Shown here in pieces: positions 56,635 through 64,000 of a stretch of DNA of 64,000 nt; the stretch's first letter is position 1, and every line of letters starts with the position of its first letter. Origin of the DNA: Macrostomum hystrix (lineage: Eukaryota; Animalia; Platyhelminthes). The stretch spans positions 2,604,001-2,668,000 of the forward strand of contig CATNEN010000010.1 of NCBI GenBank assembly GCA_950097015.1, read 5' to 3'. Under the pieces are notes generated by a model. The model was not told the origin of the DNA. It saw only the letters and a program-made list of their open reading frames with translations, and made no database searches. The position numbers and the translations under genes are program-made.

Positions 56635-59390
56635 CACTACCTCACTAGCTACCTTACTAGCTACCTTACTAGCTACCTCACTAGCTAACTCACTAGCTAC
56701 CTCACTAGCTACCTCACTAGCTAACTCACTAGCTACCTCACTAGCTACCTTACTAGCTACCTCACCAGCTACCTCACTAGCTACCTCACTAGCTACCTCA
56801 CTAGCTAACTCACTAGCTACCTCACTAGCTACCTTACTAGCTACCTCACCAGCTACCTCACTAGCTACCTCACTAGCTACCTCACTAGCTACCTCACTAG
56901 CTACCTCACTAGCTACCTCACTAGCTACCTCACTAGCTACCTCACTAGCTACCTTACTAGCTACCTCACCAGCTACCTCACTAGCTACCTCACTAGCTAC
57001 CTCACTAGCTACCTCACTAGCTACCTCACTAGCTACCTCACTAGCTAACTCACTAGCTACCTCACTAGCTACCTCACTAGCTACCTCACTAGCTACCTCA
57101 CTAGCTACCTCACCAGCTACCTCACTAGCTACCTCACTAGCTACCTCACTAGCTACCTCACTAGCTACCTCACTAGCTAACTCACTAGCTACCTCACTAG
57201 CTACCTTACTAGCTACCTCACCAGCTACCTCACTAGCTACCTCACTAGCTACCTCACTAGCTACCTCACTAGCTACCTCACTAGCTACCTCACTAGCTAA
57301 CTCACTAGCTAACTCACTAGCTACCTCACTAGCTACCTTACTAGCTACCTCACCAGCTACCTCACTAGCTACCTCACTAGCTACCTCACTAGCTACCTCA
57401 CTAGCTACCTCACTAGCTACCTCACTAGCTAACTCACTAGCTACCTCACTAGCTACCTCACTAGCTACCTCACTAGCTACCTCACTAGCTAACTCACTAG
57501 CTACCTCACTAGCTACCTCACTAGCTACCTCACTAGCTACCTCACTAGCTACCTCACTAGCTACCTCACTAGCTACCTCACTAGCTACCTCACTAGCTAC
57601 CTCACTAGCTACCTCACTAGCTACCTCACTAGCTACCTCACTAGCTACCTCACTAGCTACCTCACTAGCTACCTCACTAGCTACCTCACTAGCTACCTCA
57701 CTAGCTACCTCACTAGCTACCTCACTAGCTACCTCACTAGCTACCTCACTAGCTACCTCACTAGCTACCTCACTAGCTACCTCACTAGCTAACTCACTAG
57801 CTACCTCACTAGCTACCTCACTAGCTACCTCATTAGCTACCTCACTAGCTACCTCACTATAGCTACCTCACTAGCTACCTCACTATAGCTACCTCACTAG
57901 CTACCTCACTAGCTACCTCACTAGCTAACTCACTAGCTACCTCACTAGCTACCTCACTAGCTACCTCACTAGCTACCTCTCACTAGCTACCTCACTAGCT
58001 ACCTCACTAGCTACCTCACTAGCTACCTCACTAGCTACCTCACTAGCTACCTCACTAGCTACCTCACTAGCTAACTCACTAGCTACCTCACTAGCTACCT
58101 CACTAGCTACCTCACTAGCTACCTCACTAGCTACCTCACTATAGCTACCTCACTAGCTACCTCACTAGCTACCTCACTAGCTACCTCACTAGCTACCTCA
58201 CTAGCTAACTCACTAGCTACCTCACTAGCTACCTCACTAGCTACCTCACTATAGCTACCTCACTAGCTACCTCACTAGCTAACTCACTAGCTACCTCACT
58301 AGCTACCTCTCACTAGCTACCTCACTAGCTACCTCACTAGCTACCTCACTAGCTACCTCACTAGCTACCTCACTAGCTAACTCACTAGCTACCTCACTAG
58401 CTACCTCACTAGCTACCTCACTAGCTACCTCACTAGCTACCTCACTATAGCTACCTCACTAGCTACCTCACTAGCTACCTCACTATAGCTACCTCACTAG
58501 CTAACTCACTAGCTACCTCACTAGCTACCTCACTAGCTACCTCACTAGCTACCTCACTAGCTACCTCACTAGCTACCTCACTAGCTACCTCTCACTAGCT
58601 ACCTCACTAGCTACCTCACTAGCTACCTCACTAGCTACCTCACTAGCTACCTCACTAGCTAACTCACTAGCTACCTCACTAGCTAACTCACTAGCTACCT
58701 CACTAGCTACCTCACTAGCTAACTCACTAGCTACCTCACTAGCTACCTCACTAGCTACCTCACTAGCTAACTCACTAGCTAACTCACTAGCTAACTCACT
58801 AGCTTCCTCACTAGCTACCTCACTAGCTACCTCACTAGCTACCTCACTAGCTAACTCACTAGCTACCTCACTAGCTACCTCACTAGCTACCTCTCACTAG
58901 CTACCTCACTAGCTACCTCACTAGCTACCTCACTAGCTACCTCACTAGCTACCTCACTAGCTAACTCACTAGCTACCTCACTAGCTAACTCACTAGCTAC
59001 CTCACTAGCTACCTCACTAGCTACCTCACTAGCTACCTCACTAGCTACCTCACTAGCTACCTCACTAGCTACCTCACTAGCTACCTCACTAGCTACCTCA
59101 CTATAGCTACCTCACTAGCTACCTCACTAGCTACCTCACTAGCTACCTCACTAGCTACCTCACTAGCTAACTCACTAGCTACCTCACTAGCTACCTCACT
59201 AGCTACCTCACTAGCTACCTCACTAGCTAACTCACTAGCTAACTCACTAGCTACCTCACTTGCTACCTCACTAGCTACCTCACTAGCTACCTCACTAGCT
59301 ACCTCACTAGCTAACTCACTAGCTAACTCACTAGCTAACTCACTAGCTACCTCACTTGCTACCTCACTAGCTACCTCACTAGCTACGTCA
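56635..59390. repeat. 12-bp satellite (CTCACTAGCTAC), about 230 copies
   Basis: Period 12 with occasional 14-bp variants. Confidence 0.98.
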
Positions 59391-59883
59391 CTCGGACACC
59401 CCCTTTTGATAATATAGGGAACATGAGATGGACAATTGTATGAGGGAATTGTATGAGCATTCGCTAACAGCTCCAGCTCCCAGAACAGACAAATGATCCC
59501 ACATAACAGCAGCCTTGGGTCATACACTGCATGGTGACATGGAAGCCAGGAATTCTTGGAAATTAACAGACTATTCCAGGTGGGCAACACTGTGCCTGAC
59601 CCACTCACTGATGAAGGAGGGTCGGATGGTGATAATACGCGATGGAAAACTACTCAGGGTTGAGTAAACAAAGCAAAACACAGTCTCGAGTGGCCACTCG
59701 GAGGCGCCTCAGAGGCGGCTGTTCGCGTGGGAGGCCGGGCCGGGACCCGAAAAGCTGCGAAAGCGGCGGCCAATGAAAAGCGAAGGCCAGGAAGCGTGGC
59801 AATATAAGCTGCAAGCCATACTCTGTATCGAGTCGGTTTGTTTTCGATTTTCGCTCGCATCCTTTTCTGAGAGAGCTCACACA

Positions 59884-60656
59884 ATGAACCAGCCCGGCCC
59901 TGGCCTAAAGCTGGATGAATCAGACCAGCTCATGCTGTTCAACTCGCTGACTGGCGGCGAGGAAGGCGTCCCGGAGGGGAATTTCTATACGACGTCAGCA
60001 GACATGGCCAGCTGGGCGGCGACCTCCGCGGTGGCCGTCGCGGCGCCACCGGACATTCGCGAGTTCCCCGGCTTGATGCTTCTGGAGGACGACTGCGTGC
60101 TGGTGTCGGACGCCGCATTGGACGCAGCCGCCGAGGACGACTGGGAGAAGTTCCTTGCACCGCTGGACGACCAGGTGAGCTCTGCCTCCGTCAGCAGCCG
60201 GGCCACAACCGGCAGTGGCAGCGACAACCTTCTGCCGCATCAGGCGGGCGATCGGCCCAGGAATTTTCTGTGCCCGCATGAGGGCTGCTGCAAGGCCTAC
60301 CTGAAGAATTCTCACCTGAAGACGCATCTCAGGTCGCACAATGGTGAGATGATCCGCTGTAACGCCAATTACGGAAATCCCCAAATGTGCAAAAGCGAAA
60401 TTCTCGCAACACTATCCACGAGAATTACTCGCATGCTCGCATTGCAGAGGAGCGACCATTCAGCTGCACCTGGCCGGGCTGCAGTTGGTCCTTCTCCCGC
60501 TCGGACGAGCTGGTCCGGCACCAGCGCATTCATACCGGCGAGCGGCCGTTCCGCTGCCCGCTCTGTCCAAAGCAGTTTAGTCGGTCGGACCACCTGCAGC
60601 TGCACAGCAAGAGGCACAGGGAGCCCACCAAGGCTAAGAGCACGTTTAAGTTTTAG
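59884..60656 (+). CDS. Kruppel-like factor (KLF/Sp family) three-C2H2 transcription factor, 2 exons, about 222 aa
   Basis: Exons 59884-60343 and 60448-60656. [73 protein letters not shown]; acidic N-terminal region. Confidence 0.92.
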
Positions 60657-60984
60657 GGCTGCGGTGTGGCTGATTTTGTCCATCGTTTTCACATGACTAA
60701 ACTCGTCAGGAAGCCTTTTTATATTGCAAAAGTTTTTTATCACTTTTTTGCCTGGTGCTTGAGAAAGCCAAATCTAATATTAGTGCTGCAGCTATGGTGC
60801 TAAGTGTCATTGAGCTTATTTTTATAGTTTACTGTTAGATGCTGAGTATGTCTGAGTAACAACCTGATTTTTTTAATCCACTTGATCACTTGCCTGCGAA
60901 TAGAGCAGTCAATATACTCAAGCTTGTTCTGTGGTTTAGGAAAATTTATAGAGTTAGACCACGGGAGTCACGGGGAATGAGCTG

Positions 60985-61165
60985 CTTGGCGGCCCTGGGA
61001 GGGTTAGGAAACGGAGTGGAGAGGGTCAGGGCGTGGGGTGGAGTGGATGCTTTTCGGCGTTGGGCAGGGTAGGAAACGGAGTGGAGAGGGTCAGGGCGTG
61101 GGGTGGCTACTTTTCGGCGTTGGGAAGGGTAGGAAACGGTGTGGAGAGGGTCAGGGCGTGGGTGG
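60985..61165 (+). repeat. Three imperfect 60-65-bp direct repeats, each containing AGGGCGTGG
   Basis: GGAAACGG(A/T)GTGGAGAGGGTCAGGGCGTGGG occurs three times. Confidence 0.85.
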
Positions 61166-62904
61166 CTGCGGTGTGGCTAGGAGGGGTAGAAAATGAAGGA
61201 GGGAGGAGCAAAGCGGGTGCTTACACAGCCCCAAAATTTCGCATTCCCCAATATTCCTCAAATCACTTAGGCAAAAACTTTCATACATCTCAAAATTTCA
61301 AACCCATCAAACACCACCAGCCCCAAACATCACCTACTCTAAACACTTGGAAACAAACTTCACGTCTCCCTTCTCAGACAAGAGCAGTCTCGTGCAGTCT
61401 GAAAATGGGGGAATGTGAAAGTCCTTGCAAAATTGAGTTTAGGGTTGGGAAAAATTTGTGGCAGTTATAATTAGCTAATGTGAAATTCAGGGGATATGAA
61501 GTTTGGACATGATGAAATAGGGGAAGTTACTATGCGAGATTACGAGCAATAAAGGTTGCCAAGGCATTGGCAACTATTAGTTCTAGATGATTATTTTTTT
61601 GACAATCAAATCTACCTGCCATTGCATGCCTTAAAACTATATCATAATTTTATTTTGGCTTGCTTCGATTTGCAGCACTGTGTGATATGCTATTTTGTTG
61701 TCACTGAGGCACTGAAGAGTTCTCCATATGGCTGCATTTCTCTGCTTCCACACAGCCTGCTGCAGCTATGCGAATTCTAACATGCTGTTTTCAATTGATT
61801 TCTCTTCGCCCTACACAGTAAGTCGCGGCACGAAGCTGTTATTTTACCTCAATTCCAAAGCTGTGTCAGCAAGTGTAAAAACTCTTGTACAAACTTGTGC
61901 TTTTCACAGCAGACGTTTAAATATAAAATACAAACTAGTGATGCAGCACAAAGATCTCCTTGCCATTATAGTACAGGAATGCGCTGGAATTAGTCTTTGT
62001 CAACAAAATAACGCTTTCTTGCCTTCCTTTTTATTAGAAATTGCACACGACAGCGCGGAAAAAGGGGAGAATTGAGACAAAGCAATAGGACAGTCCTAGT
62101 ATAAGACCTGACCAGGCATAAGTAGCGATCAGAACTGCCAAGGGAAAGTGTTCTTTGGCGCACATAAATGTACTCCCGAGAATACAGGTGTCACAGGTGT
62201 GAAAAGCTACACAAAACAGTATCAGTTACAATAAGTACCGCGCACGCTGCCACCGGAGACAGTGTTAATCTTAACAGGCATTTTATGCAGTTTAACCAGT
62301 TTCACAGAAAAATATTATTACTCTCTACTGAAGCTAAACTTATTCCTGCTTTGAAATTGCAACCAATGTAAAACTGATTTGTGCACTTAAAAAACCTATG
62401 AGTAAACAGAATAATTAGTGCCTAGGAAGTCTCCAACGGACTCACAAAAGAAAATGAGAAGTTTGTCAAAACGTGCCCAAAAATGAGCATGAAACAATAA
62501 GTACGCGCTGCAAGTTATATAGTAACCGAAAAACTTTTTTTCTTGCTCGCTCCTACTACTGGTATATTAAGTGGCAGCAGTAGTGACTATCGCATACAAA
62601 CGGATTATTGTTCACTGTCCATGCAGCTCAGTCGAGTCTTAGGTGAAGCAGAAAGATTCTGATAATGAATGAAAGTGAAACGATCTAAATAAGGAAATCA
62701 AAATCGAATAGAGACAGAGTCACGAGGGGCGCGGGCAGCGGCCAATCAGGACCTGGCTAGACGGGGCAGCTTCTGAAACAGGGAGCCGGCCAGGCTGAGC
62801 ATCACCAGCCACATTGTGCGCAGCAGCGGCACCCGCTTCACCGCTAGCCGCCACAGCACGACGCAGAGCAGCACATTCCACAGTACGCCCAGCCTCTGAA
62901 GCCT

Positions 62905-63125
62905 GTGACAACGGTGTATGTGGGTCTTGAGTTCGAATCCGACAAGCTCTTTGACCGGAAAATAATACTGAGAGAATGAGGGAAAGCTTGGGGGCTTGTC
63001 GTGTGATTTTCGCCATTGTGGGCCAACCTCCAAGGCACAGTGAAATGAACACAGCCTGACGATGAGACAGTCAGGGCAAATGTACACACCTGTGCGTGTG
63101 TGCCTGCGTACAGTATCTGTGTGCG
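62905..63125 (+). mobile_element. tRNA-derived SINE copy 3 (diverged)
   Basis: B-box GAGTTCGAATCC (62929-62940); body GCTTGTCGTGTGATTTTCGCCATTGTGGGCCAACCTCCAAGGCACAG matches copy 1 and contains one monomer of the 53-bp satellite. Confidence 0.7.
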
Positions 63126-63457
63126 TGTGTTCTCAGAAGTCAGGGAAATGGGCAGAATTGCCTCCTTGTTGGCTGCGGGTCTAGTGTCACCAATTAATGT
63201 ACCATTGCCCACAACCCTCCTGCAATTGTTATTATTATCATTATTTTTACTGATACTCTCACTTGAAGTCAAAATAATCTCACAAAAACCTAGATAATCT
63301 CACTAGAATCCAGAACTAACTAACATTATTGATTATCTTATCAGCATTCGAAGACTAAGCTGACTAAATTCTTATTCAGTTGGACATAATGTGTGGATAA
63401 TCTTGTGAGACTGGGTCTAAAAGTACAAATACCAATGTTGGCTCAGGTTAGTATTAA

Positions 63458-63869
63458 CAGTAGAACTACCAAGGGGGGGAATTCCCCCCCTGACCATTTT
63501 TTGCTGCACCCGAACGGAACAATGCAAGCACACGAAACTCAAGAACACGGGCCAACTTTTTGTTGCGCATCTTCTGAAACAAGAAACAAGTGGCCAGCTC
63601 TTCAGACCGTCGAGATATTCAATGTTTCTGGCCGAAGGTCCGATTTTTCCCATAAGAGCTAGTGTATTTCATACACCCCTATACACGAATTTGCACTGCG
63701 CCTCAGTGCGGCCTTTCCAGACCTTCAAACTTTATCAGCATGTCACCCGAATGGGCTTGCATCATCTCCGACTTCGGCGGTCACCGACCGATCTCTATTC
63801 GTTTGGGGGGGGGGGAATTCCCCCCACTGGTATAAAAACGGGCGGCAAAATGGCTTGGTAGTCCTACTG
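63458..63869. mobile_element. MITE with 16-bp TIRs and TTAA flanks
   Basis: CAGTAGAACTACCAAG ... CTTGGTAGTCCTACTG (1 mismatch); TTAA at 63454-63457 and 63870-63873; subterminal GGGGGAATTCCCCC palindromes. Confidence 0.8.
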
Positions 63870-64000
63870 TTAATAATCTCCTAGTTAATCAAACTAGTAG
63901 AATGAATATAATCAAGTAATCAATTATTTCTCTCGCTGAACGAGATTCATTAAAATATTCACTACGTTTTTAACTGAAGCAGCACAGCCTACTTAGAAAG

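Noticed and set aside
96-59608. Long repetitive ORFs (e.g. 348-1190, 2313-2793, 19083-19982, 29776-31203, 40427-42230, 51739-53187, 59093-59608) as repeat proteins
   Set aside because: They are translations of tandem arrays that are open in several frames and strands; several lie inside introns defined by flanking GT-AG exons.

Overview
Eukaryotic (metazoan) genomic DNA with GC-rich exons separated by introns full of minisatellites; about 21 kb of the 64 kb is tandem repeat. This architecture plus a TTAGGG tract suggests a free-living flatworm such as Macrostomum (inference from style only). Most long ORFs in the supplied track are repeat artefacts, and the real genes had to be rebuilt by splicing. 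Supported genes: an unknown 4-exon gene head-to-head with HADH; an intronless stonustoxin-like pore-forming protein with an FN3 domain and a C-terminal CaaX box (CVIL); a tandem trio of 7-8-exon Shisa-like (six-Cys, single-TM, PPxY) genes sharing an unusual extracellular Arg/Ser/Tyr-rich N-terminal module; a MYND-finger gene with a DUF1444-like region; two intronless class A-like GPCRs; a small 2-TM ORF; a 3-exon polyQ/acidic gene with a degenerate KH-like region; and a KLF-family zinc-finger gene. Mobile DNA: three copies of a tRNA-derived SINE (one internally expanded into a 53-bp satellite), two MITEs and a decayed Penelope-like element. A segment near 42.4 kb resembles the SRP RNA S-domain but could instead be a coding exon. 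All calls were made by eye; no searches were run.
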